From positions 1 through 35,972 of IMG/VR virus record IMGVR_UViG_3300011655_000001: a stretch of DNA of 35,972 nt, one strand, 5' to 3'. The DNA is from a virus. The notes beneath the pieces were generated by a model, which saw nothing but the letters and a program-made list of their open reading frames with translations, ran no database searches and was not told the DNA's origin. Within the stretch, counting starts at the first letter, position 1. Every line of letters begins with the position of its first letter. The position numbers and the translations under genes are program-made. This document shows, piece by piece, positions 22,902 to 31,119 of this stretch.

Positions 22902-23873
22902 TTAGTTGGCGTACCCGCTACCATATCGGAGAATATTTAAAATAAAATCTATACTTTTATATGAAAAATACAGCATCACAATAAATAAAATGAGATCCAT
23001 TTTATTTTTATAGTAGAGTGTTGCCCCTAAATAAAGAATGAATGCCAACATCCCAATGCGATCAGCCCCCAGGAAGTAAGAAATCGCAATTAATGGAATA
23101 CCAGCAATAACAGGGAGTATCTTTCTGGTAGAGATATAAGCCAATACGATAAATACACTTGTCTTTACCATCCCCATTAATCCGGTCCCATCTTCCTCCA
23201 CTCCGGTTGCATAGATTGTAAACTTTGATGTGATATGTTCTCTCAATACAACAAAGGCTCCAATGAACATAATTAAAGAGACTATCAGTGTGGCCCACTT
23301 AATTATAGGCTTGGTATCTTTGTGTAAAATCTTTGATATGAAATAGGGTGCTATTAGTAGTGCCGATTGCGCATGAGTCAGCATTGCTAATCCAAAAAAA
23401 ATAAACTTTTTCATCTGGCTTGCAAGTAGGGCCGCTATCAGAAAAATAAAAGCAAACTTTAAACGTTCAGCTGAGAAAAAAAGCACCATTAGATAATAGT
23501 TGGTAAGAACCAGCGCCACTAATAAGTATCTTTGCCATCCTGCTTTATGGTATCGAAAAATTAATAAAACTATTAAAAAAGCAAGGATGCTGTTAGAGAT
23601 TGAAATAAATACATCTTTTGTTAGATATAAATTAGCTATCTTGGATAGCAAAAAATATACTGGCTCATTTGAGCCTAAAGTGTTGTTATAGCAAAATACT
23701 TGTTGGACAAATGTATAATTATCATAGAAACAATATTTATAGAAATCTCTATAGTGGTATTGATCGCCATCTATATAGTGAGGAATGAGATGAGAGGTTA
23801 TTGAGAATGCAAAAATTGCAGCCAATATACTAAAGAACAATGATTTTTTTATCTTCATTACAAAATTAAGCAT
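22902..23873 (-). CDS. Polytopic membrane protein, polysaccharide polymerase-like (Wzy/EpsG-type)
   Basis: 323 aa with roughly 9-10 hydrophobic segments and Y/F/L/I-rich composition typical of EpsG/Wzy-family proteins. It is visibly more A+T-rich than its flanks. It has its own TTGTAA-17-GATAAT promoter candidate (23916..23888) and terminators on both sides. Confidence 0.45.
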   Translation of the reverse strand: MLNFVMKIKKSLFFSILAAIFAFSITSHLIPHYIDGDQYHYRDFYKYCFYDNYTFVQQVFCYNNTLGSNEPVYFLLSKIANLYLTKDVFISISNSILAFLIVLLIFRYHKAGWQRYLLVALVLTNYYLMVLFFSAERLKFAFIFLIAALLASQMKKFIFFGLAMLTHAQSALLIAPYFISKILHKDTKPIIKWATLIVSLIMFIGAFVVLREHITSKFTIYATGVEEDGTGLMGMVKTSVFIVLAYISTRKILPVIAGIPLIAISYFLGADRIGMLAFILYLGATLYYKNKMDLILFIVMLYFSYKSIDFILNILRYGSGYAN

Positions 23874-23944
23874 GCGGATGTCGCCACATTATCATGCTTA
23901 ATTTTTTATTTTACAATTCAATTGAATTATATTTGTACGACACT

Positions 23945-23965
23945 AAAAAAGCCCCGAAGGGCTTT
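23945..23965 (-). terminator. Intrinsic terminator after the tailspike gene
   Basis: Minus-strand RNA reads AAGCCC-UUCG-GGGCUU followed by UUUUU. Confidence 0.8.
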
Positions 23966-23967
23966 AA

Positions 23968-25893
23968 TTAAGATAAGCAGTGTCGATTGATGAAGCCAAT
24001 ACAGTCATCACGATTTTTAAAGGTAGCTTTGATAATCGGTTTGAATGATACTGTTTTGCTTGTAGATTCTAGTGAGAACATGCGCAGCCGATTAATTGCA
24101 GCCGCTGTGTTATTACCTGTCATAACAAGCTTATAAGTAACACCTGCCTTTAACTTAAAATATCCAGTGTACTGCGTTTGCGCCCCTGCCTGTGTAAAAC
24201 CAATCTCCATATCTTGAGCAGGTTTTAGCATGAAGCAGAAGATGTAGTAGGGATTAACTGCTGAATCGTAGTTAGTGAGCTCAACATAGTTGCTATTAAA
24301 GTTACCAGCAGCGGGAATAGTGAGCGACTGGAAGCTACCATCACCGTAGTCACTAGCTGTATCTTCTGCCACCGAAATACCGCCACTATATGCGTTGGTA
24401 TAAGGATAAGCAGTAGCCGCGGTGTTTGAAAATGGAATAGCACTAGATGGTTTACCTCTTAAAAAAGGCGTACCGATTAATGCGTTGCGGACTTCTCGCG
24501 GCTCAAATTTATGCATGAGCACAGGCTCAACCAATCCATGCAGCCTAGATGCCGCTTCACTATCGCAAGTGTTAAAACGACCAACTTCAACAACGCCGCG
24601 GTTAATAATCGACATATTTTTAGCGTAATGGTATCCCGCTAGTGATGTTCCATCAAATGATACATTTTGCCCCCATTTGTAGACCCCACTCGTTATACCG
24701 GATGCCGTATTTAACCAAAATACACCACTACGCACAGCAATCGTCATGTTGTCAACTTCTTGAATATCTACAGCAGGAATTCCTGCTGCGTAATCCCCAT
24801 CAACTTCCATGTAAAGATCATTGATATTTATACTTGCACGAGTGTTAGCAACACTTAAATCTTTAGCCCAGATGCCGCGCCCTCGGTTTCCCTCGATAGC
24901 ACCACCGTCAATTGTCAGGTTTTGAATGTCACCGGTGATCAATATGGCTGCGTCACTATTATAGCGAGCATAAATTGACTCTATTCGATAAGATGTAATG
25001 CCATTCAGGTGAAGGCCAACCTTGTTTGATCGGTAGTAATTATAACTCTCGCGGCTTGTATAATTTTGTTGAACGAGATGACCAACAGCATGACCCTCAA
25101 AGGTAACGCCCTCAACCTCGCCAAAATGCCCTGTTGCGACAACCTTGTAACCAACAGTTGTTCCATCTTTAGCATCTACTATCCCAGATTTTGTGTTGTC
25201 ACCTTGTATCCGTATATTTCTGATAATACGATGTGCATGATCATCGAATTTAGAACCTGAGCTGTAGACAATACCGTTGCCAGCACCAGCAAATTTAAGG
25301 ATAGTTTGATCGCCTTGCCCTTCGATCAAGTGCGACCCATTGAGGGGGAGAGCACCATCAATATTATACTGACCATTAGGGATTTGAAGATAAGTAGAAT
25401 TATTGCGTTTTACAGCAAAGGCATCCTGAGCGATTGTATAATCTGTAAGGTACTGCTGGGTTTTAGCTCGGACAGATAAATCCACCTCAACCGCACCAGC
25501 TTCTGACTGCTTAAATTTTAAAAACTTATTATTGAGCGCAGTTTGGTCTTCATTAATCTGATGCTGATTCTTATCCCCGTCAACAACAAAAGATGCATCC
25601 CACCCTTTATTTTTAAAATCTACAAGAATGAAAGCACTATTTCTATTTTTAATCACAATAGAGTGTTGTGCTGTTTTAAGATAAACCTTAGTTGGACTAC
25701 CATTGCGGACAGGATAACCATTACGTGTTCGAATTGGTTGTGTTGCTGGAACTGAAAAATCCGCATCCCAAAACACTTCCACTGGAAAAAGCTCTGGGTC
25801 TTTTCCATACTCCCCAAAAAACAAGAAACCCGCATCAAGCGGGCTTCCATCAATATCAGCAATGGCTGTGTATGGTGCTAAAAACATGGTCAT
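23968..25893 (-). CDS. Tailspike: P22-type N-terminal head-binding domain plus right-handed beta-helix (likely polysaccharide depolymerase)
   Basis: The N-terminus (GSPLDAGFLFFGEYGKDPELFPVEVFWD...ATQPIRTRNGYPVRNGSP...HSIVIKNRN) follows the P22/HK620 head-binding pattern as I recall it. The middle region has repetitive G/N/I/V-rich beta-helix-like turns (IRIQGDN, ILITGDIQNLTIDGGAIEGN). Confidence 0.8.
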   Translation of the reverse strand: MTMFLAPYTAIADIDGSPLDAGFLFFGEYGKDPELFPVEVFWDADFSVPATQPIRTRNGYPVRNGSPTKVYLKTAQHSIVIKNRNSAFILVDFKNKGWDASFVVDGDKNQHQINEDQTALNNKFLKFKQSEAGAVEVDLSVRAKTQQYLTDYTIAQDAFAVKRNNSTYLQIPNGQYNIDGALPLNGSHLIEGQGDQTILKFAGAGNGIVYSSGSKFDDHAHRIIRNIRIQGDNTKSGIVDAKDGTTVGYKVVATGHFGEVEGVTFEGHAVGHLVQQNYTSRESYNYYRSNKVGLHLNGITSYRIESIYARYNSDAAILITGDIQNLTIDGGAIEGNRGRGIWAKDLSVANTRASININDLYMEVDGDYAAGIPAVDIQEVDNMTIAVRSGVFWLNTASGITSGVYKWGQNVSFDGTSLAGYHYAKNMSIINRGVVEVGRFNTCDSEAASRLHGLVEPVLMHKFEPREVRNALIGTPFLRGKPSSAIPFSNTAATAYPYTNAYSGGISVAEDTASDYGDGSFQSLTIPAAGNFNSNYVELTNYDSAVNPYYIFCFMLKPAQDMEIGFTQAGAQTQYTGYFKLKAGVTYKLVMTGNNTAAAINRLRMFSLESTSKTVSFKPIIKATFKNRDDCIGFINRHCLS

Positions 25894-25923
25894 AGCGTAA
25901 ATTCCATTATTAAAATTTTGGCA

Positions 25924-25955
25924 ATAAAAAACCCGACCTTAATGGATCGGGTTTG
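25924..25955 (-). terminator. Intrinsic terminator after the large ejection-protein gene
   Basis: Minus-strand RNA reads AAACCCGA-(10 nt)-UCGGGUUU followed by UUUUAUUGCC. Confidence 0.75.
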
Positions 25956-25971
25956 ATCGGTTTATTGGGGT

Positions 25972-28626
25972 TTAGAACTTTCCTGAGCCCCCAACTGGCT
26001 TCTCAAATTGCTTTATGATGGCGTGTGCTCTTGCTACCTCTTTTTTACCTTTCATGTGCTTCACTGCCTCTCGCAATGCAAGCGTTACAGGTACAGGCAC
26101 AGGCATTCCGGTGAATACTGTTCCAATAGTGGCATCCATCATCGTTGCTATCAGTGTCCCCGTGTTTGACCAGTTGACACCAGTGCCTTCAGGAACGGTT
26201 TTAATGATCTTTGCAAGTTCTGCAGCATTACGAATCTTTTCGGCTTCCTGTTTTCCAAGGAGCGTATCGAGTCGCTGTGTAGTACCATCAAGAGTCTTAA
26301 CCACCTTTTCCATTTTTGATGCAAGTAGAGCATTATTGCCCTGGGCGTCTTGAGCACCCGAGAAGGCTTCGTTACGAATCTTGTCGATAATTGATGCTTG
26401 CAAATCATTCCAAGCCTGCTCACCACCTTCAGACTGTAGAATCTTTTTCTTAACAAACTCCAAGTCTTTTTGTGAGGTGGTTGGCTTGATGATTCGATTC
26501 ACAATATTTTCATCAATAATCTTCCGGTCTCCACTGTTCGCACCTTTCTTCATTGCAACCAGATCAGAAAGAACAGCCCGCCCCTCCCAACTTTGCTTAA
26601 ACTGGGAATACTCTTTACGAACTGCACGGAAAGCATTGCTACCACTATTATCTAAAGAGTTATCAATCAACTTTTTAAGTCGGGTTTTGATGCGAATATC
26701 ACCATCATCTGAGTTGCTTCCCAAATCATTAATTAGCTTGCGCCATTCTTCAATCTGATTTACGTTTGGCTCCTGTCCCTTGGGTTTGGGTGTTAATTTC
26801 CCATCAACATCATCAGCAATTCCAAGTCGCACTGCTGCGCGTTTTGCATCTCTATAGATTGCAGTAGTCTCAAGATCAACGTTCTCATTAATCAAATCCA
26901 AAGCAGACTGGCTATCTAGTTGAATACCACGCTCATCAGCTGCCTTGATATCGTCTTCAGCCCACTTTGGTCCATTACCAAGATTAACTTTTGTTTGTGC
27001 GCCTTCGGATTCGCGGACTGCCTGGTATTTTTTATTTACGGCGGCTCTCTCTACCTTAAACTGAGTTCCAAGCACATCATTTATACGCTCACCAACTTCG
27101 GCTGCATTGGTTGTTGTTGCACCTTTGCTATAAATCATGTCATCAATGGCGCTTCCAAGAGCTTGCTGTTGTGTGTTTAAGTGTTCTTGAATGATCTGGC
27201 CTGCCTCACCCCCTTTCCGTGCTAAATTGTGCATTTCTGCCAGATCTGTAGGGTTGCGTGATACCTGGGCTGTCGTAGAAGGCACATTGAATTCATCAAA
27301 CAGAGCCTGACGGGTGGTTTCTACTGGTACAGCTGCAGCACCCATACTGCCACCAGTATCAGCAGTGCGAAGACCGGTAGCCTCACCAACTTTATTAACG
27401 GTGCTCTTGGCCGCTTCCGTAACTGCATTAACTGGCCGTTTAGCTTGCTCAACCACTTGCGCCACGACAGGTTTTGCAGCCTGAGCCACTTCCCTTGCGG
27501 CCGTGGTAGCCACTGGCACAGATGCACGTCCTAAGGTTGCAGTGGCGGTACCCACACCACCACCCAAGACAGGCGGCAGGGTGTCAAGACCAGTATCTTC
27601 AATGAATTCACCAACTGCACCTACAGCACGTCTACCGCCTGCTGTGTTTGGCTCATAGGTCAAAGCATTGGAGAGCTGTGTAGCTCGATTTACAGCATTC
27701 TGAGCGCCCTTCTGTGTACCAAATGTGCCATCAACGACAGATTCAGCAATACCATGTAAGCCACCTAATCCTTGACCAATAGCCCCACCAACAGCACCAG
27801 TTGCCAGGGTTGCACCGGCTTCTAGGCCACCAATGATTTTATCCATAGTGCTTAAAGGTGCTTGTTGTGGTTTTGGTTGCTGTGGTTGATCCTCTCGAAT
27901 CACACCATTTTCATCAAAATCAGGTAATCCGGCTGGTGCTGCTTGGCGATCAGGGTTTTGTTGATCAAAGGCGGCCAATAGGCTATTCACACGATTCTGC
28001 TTTTGCTGTGGATTAACTTGATTTTTGGTTGTGCTGGCTTTGGCTTGTTTGTCGTAAGCAGTCACAAGTTGATTAATTCGATTTTGTGCTGGCTTTCGGT
28101 TTGGTGGCTTGATTTCACCGACCATGGCTTTAGTTTCATTCCATGTTTTTGGGTTACCGCCTAATTGTCTGTAAAAATCATCTCGATTTTTGTGTCCAGA
28201 TTTGTATTCTGGATCGTTGTAACGCCAGCGGATAAAGTTTGTACCTAAAACCCTTGTTGCAGTGTCGTAATCAACATTTGGATTGGATAGAAAGGTTTTC
28301 TTTGTTGCTGCATATTCAGGCTTTGTGCTGATCTCATGAACAGCATATTTTGCCATTTCATCAAGTGCGGCCTGGCTTTGCTTAATCTTGCCATCTGCAT
28401 ACAAGCCTTTTGATTTAAGTCTTGCAAGCAATGGTGCTTCACGACCATTCTGCCAAGACAACAAGCCAACATTTGTTTTTTTGTTACTATCATCAGTGTG
28501 AGCACCAAATACAACACTTGGGTCGAATGAGTTTTCGCGCCCCACTTCCGCAGTGATGATACGAGCCTGATTCTTACTTAATCCGGCCTTTTCAAAAGCC
28601 TTCATCACACTTTGCTGTAAAGACAT
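25972..28626 (-). CDS. Large internal/ejection protein (884 aa) with a putative N-terminal muralytic domain (P22 gp16 position)
   Basis: It occupies the last position among the ejection genes. The N-terminal ~160 aa (AEVGRENSF..NVGLLSWQNG..) look lysozyme/transglycosylase-like. The centre is Ala/Gly/Val-rich. ATG 28626 is preferred to the track start. Confidence 0.6.
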   Translation of the reverse strand: MSLQQSVMKAFEKAGLSKNQARIITAEVGRENSFDPSVVFGAHTDDSNKKTNVGLLSWQNGREAPLLARLKSKGLYADGKIKQSQAALDEMAKYAVHEISTKPEYAATKKTFLSNPNVDYDTATRVLGTNFIRWRYNDPEYKSGHKNRDDFYRQLGGNPKTWNETKAMVGEIKPPNRKPAQNRINQLVTAYDKQAKASTTKNQVNPQQKQNRVNSLLAAFDQQNPDRQAAPAGLPDFDENGVIREDQPQQPKPQQAPLSTMDKIIGGLEAGATLATGAVGGAIGQGLGGLHGIAESVVDGTFGTQKGAQNAVNRATQLSNALTYEPNTAGGRRAVGAVGEFIEDTGLDTLPPVLGGGVGTATATLGRASVPVATTAAREVAQAAKPVVAQVVEQAKRPVNAVTEAAKSTVNKVGEATGLRTADTGGSMGAAAVPVETTRQALFDEFNVPSTTAQVSRNPTDLAEMHNLARKGGEAGQIIQEHLNTQQQALGSAIDDMIYSKGATTTNAAEVGERINDVLGTQFKVERAAVNKKYQAVRESEGAQTKVNLGNGPKWAEDDIKAADERGIQLDSQSALDLINENVDLETTAIYRDAKRAAVRLGIADDVDGKLTPKPKGQEPNVNQIEEWRKLINDLGSNSDDGDIRIKTRLKKLIDNSLDNSGSNAFRAVRKEYSQFKQSWEGRAVLSDLVAMKKGANSGDRKIIDENIVNRIIKPTTSQKDLEFVKKKILQSEGGEQAWNDLQASIIDKIRNEAFSGAQDAQGNNALLASKMEKVVKTLDGTTQRLDTLLGKQEAEKIRNAAELAKIIKTVPEGTGVNWSNTGTLIATMMDATIGTVFTGMPVPVPVTLALREAVKHMKGKKEVARAHAIIKQFEKPVGGSGKF

Positions 28627-28642
28627 AACTTTTCCCGGGCAA

Positions 28643-28666
28643 TAAAAAACCACCCGAAGGTGGCTT
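28643..28666 (-). terminator. Intrinsic terminator after the lipoprotein gene
   Basis: Minus-strand RNA reads CCACC-UUCG-GGUGG followed by UUUUUUAUUGCC. Confidence 0.8.
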
Positions 28667-28688
28667 GTGTTTAACTTGGTTGATTCTT

Positions 28689-28919
28689 TTAGGGCTTATA
28701 ATCCCAGAGTGTGCCATTCTCACCGCAATTTCTTTCAATGGCGCTCATTGTGGTTTCTGTGTCATAAGCACCTTTTCGCCACTCATTTACGGCAACCTGA
28801 ATATATGCTCTGCAATTAGCTGGCAACCCTAATTCATCGCCATAAATTGGCTTGCTATTCGAGTCTCCTTTAGAGCAAGCACTTAGACCCAAGACAATAG
28901 CTAAAATTAAATATTTCAT
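28689..28919 (-). CDS. Small lipoprotein (76 aa)
   Basis: MKYLILAIVLGLSAC carries the lipobox LSAC. The mature ~61 aa contain two further Cys residues. Its ATG overlaps the TGA of the upstream small ORF. Confidence 0.8.
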   Translation of the reverse strand: MKYLILAIVLGLSACSKGDSNSKPIYGDELGLPANCRAYIQVAVNEWRKGAYDTETTMSAIERNCGENGTLWDYKP

Positions 28920-29092
28920 CCTGATGTCTTACTCCTCTCAAGATCACTCACTCTTTCATTGAGCTTATTGATTTGGTGCTGTTGCACATTAATCCGCTCC
29001 TCTAAAATCAGAATAGATTTATTAAAGGTCTTTTCTTGCTTTATTATTAAGTATGCAAGAACAGCAAATGCAAAAATAACCAACCACATCAT
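28916..29092 (-). CDS. Small TM plus coiled-coil protein (58 aa), not in the ORF track
   Basis: Hand translation gives MMWLVIFAFAVLAYLIIKQEKTFNKSILILEERINVQQHQINKLNERVSDLERSKTSG. An AAGAGGGG SD lies upstream, and an ATGA overlap links it to the lipoprotein gene. Confidence 0.6.
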   Translation of the reverse strand: MMWLVIFAFAVLAYLIIKQEKTFNKSILILEERINVQQHQINKLNERVSDLERSKTSG

Positions 29093-29134
29093 ACAACCCC
29101 TCTTTATTGTTAAAGAAAGATTATCACAAGATAA

Positions 29135-30475
29135 TTACTCAATACCCAACTGATTAGCGATCTGCTGCATTTCCGCCGGCGAAACACCGCGAGCTTTTGC
29201 AGCCTCTACCACTTCGGCAGAATACCCTTTGCCTTTGGTCGCATAGATCTGGGATTTCTTATTTGCTGTTTGAGCGGCCTTGGAAAGCTGTTTAGCAACC
29301 TCAGTCAAGCTTTGCTGCACAACCTTTGGATCTTGGTTTGGGTTAATTGAAGCAATGGAAGCTTTTAATGCAGCACCCTCAGATTCTGTTAAAGCACCTA
29401 ATCCACGCATTTGATCAACCTGAGCCAAAAAGATTTTAGACTTCATTGTTTCCAGTTTTTGATCAAAGTTGTATTCATCGGTACCCGGAACATTACGCAT
29501 TGCTCTATTCCAGTAGCCACCAGTGGATTCATTCAGGGCCTTCGCATCATTGGCGAGTTGAGCTGCTAATTTAGAACCTTCTGCCGCATTTCTTGCTGCG
29601 GTTGAAAAGCCTTCCACTTTTTCAAGTCGCTCCATGCGTTGCTCTGGTTTTTCTTTGACCTTAAAAACAGTTTGAGCAATCTTTCGCTCTTCCTGGTTAA
29701 GTTTTTCATAGAATTGCTGCTGATCCTGATCAAGCTTGGCATAGAATTGATCATTATCGAGCTGCATTTTTTGCTGCTCAATAACTCGACCCGTCTGGCG
29801 ATCCTCAACCTGCGATTCAAGGTTATCAATCTCAGCCTGAGTTTTATCCCCGTACCAAAGATTTTCGGTTTCGGTTTTCTCGGCTTCAGCTTTGGTTTTG
29901 TCAGTCTGTGCTTTCTTGAGGTTGATTTCCTCTGGTAGCATTTGGTTTTCACCTAATGCGCCTAACACATCCTTGAACTGCGATGGCGTGGTTGATGCCA
30001 GCGTTAGGCCTGATATTGTTAAAAGCCCATCAGGATCTGTTTCTGCCATTGCTGCTAGTGTTCGCATTTGATCAGCAGTGGTTTTATCTCCTGCATTCTC
30101 ATAACCCAAAGCTTCAGTTTCAAGAATGGATTTTGCAACGCTTGGCTGTCCACCAGATAAGGCCGCATAGATGCGCGATGTAGTCTTAAATGTAGCTTGT
30201 TGTTTACCAGAATCCAGAACATCGTAGCCACGCTTAAAGTCTTCAGCTAAAGCCGGGAACCGCGCCATGATGGTCGCATAGTCTTCATGAGTTTTATTTG
30301 GCTTGGATGCAAAGGTGGATAGCTCCTGTTGCATCTGCTCTTTTTGCAATGCTTCTTTTTGAGCAAGCTCCTTCGCCTGCACAAATTGCCCGATTTGCAT
30401 GCCCTGAGTAAGACCAGTCATAGCAGTCTGGATAGGGTTTTGCACATCAAGCATATAGTTAATTGGCTGCACCAT
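29135..30475 (-). CDS. Ejection/internal virion protein (P22 gp20 position, 446 aa)
   Basis: A large Q/A/K/E-rich helical protein between the gp7-like and gp16-like genes. ATG 30475 lies 2 nt after the upstream stop. The track's N-terminal extension overlaps the upstream gene. Confidence 0.55.
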   Translation of the reverse strand: MVQPINYMLDVQNPIQTAMTGLTQGMQIGQFVQAKELAQKEALQKEQMQQELSTFASKPNKTHEDYATIMARFPALAEDFKRGYDVLDSGKQQATFKTTSRIYAALSGGQPSVAKSILETEALGYENAGDKTTADQMRTLAAMAETDPDGLLTISGLTLASTTPSQFKDVLGALGENQMLPEEINLKKAQTDKTKAEAEKTETENLWYGDKTQAEIDNLESQVEDRQTGRVIEQQKMQLDNDQFYAKLDQDQQQFYEKLNQEERKIAQTVFKVKEKPEQRMERLEKVEGFSTAARNAAEGSKLAAQLANDAKALNESTGGYWNRAMRNVPGTDEYNFDQKLETMKSKIFLAQVDQMRGLGALTESEGAALKASIASINPNQDPKVVQQSLTEVAKQLSKAAQTANKKSQIYATKGKGYSAEVVEAAKARGVSPAEMQQIANQLGIE

Positions 30476-30477
30476 AA

Positions 30478-31119
30478 TTAAAACATCCCCATCATTTTCA
30501 TCCCACCAACCTGACCAATCGCACCTGTTAAGCCGTTCCACATATTCGCACTGGCCTGACCAGATGCTAAAGCAGCACCCGCTTGAGCTGCACCAGACTG
30601 CTGATACAGGTTTGAAATATTGTTTGCAGCCTGCATGCCTGCGTTACCGGTTCCGGCTGCCGCGTTCTGACCAAGTGAGGTCATGCCTGCTAGATTTTGA
30701 TAGCGCTGGTTAATCAATTGATTGAGCAACTGTGGTCTAAATTGCGCCAATGCGGCTTGAGTATTACCACCTCGAAGACCACCAGTAGCGGAGGCATTTT
30801 GCAAAATGGCATTTTCACCTTGCTGAAGGTAGGTTTGCATTTCTGCGCTATTGTTGACATTTCCAATGGCTGCTTGCTGTGCTGCTGTGCCGTTAATACC
30901 CAATAAATCCTGCTGACCAGATAGGCCACTAAGACCTGCATCAGAATAAGGTTTTAAGAGTTTCTGAACCGCATCAAACTGTCGACGCTGCTCCTCCACT
31001 CCCATTTCAGAAGATTCAATCTGGGCGTTTGCTGCCGCATTGGCTGCTTTTTTTTGTGCACGGCCGGACATTACACCACCTACGACCGCACTACCAACTA
31101 CTGCTGCTGCAACTGGCAT
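30478..31119 (-). CDS. Ejection/internal virion protein (P22 gp7 position, 213 aa)
   Basis: It has a hydrophobic Gly/Ala/Val N-terminus (MPVAAAVVGSAVVGGVMSG) and then Gln/Ala/Asn/Gly-rich sequence, as in podovirus E-proteins. It has a strong AAGGAG SD. Confidence 0.55.
   Translation of the reverse strand: MPVAAAVVGSAVVGGVMSGRAQKKAANAAANAQIESSEMGVEEQRRQFDAVQKLLKPYSDAGLSGLSGQQDLLGINGTAAQQAAIGNVNNSAEMQTYLQQGENAILQNASATGGLRGGNTQAALAQFRPQLLNQLINQRYQNLAGMTSLGQNAAAGTGNAGMQAANNISNLYQQSGAAQAGAALASGQASANMWNGLTGAIGQVGGMKMMGMF

Noticed and set aside
27300-31119. Ala/Gly/Gln-rich stretches in the ejection proteins considered as DNA-level repeats or a diversity-generating target
   Set aside because: The bias is compositional at the protein level only. 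I saw no nucleotide-level template/variable repeat pair and no reverse transcriptase in the genome.
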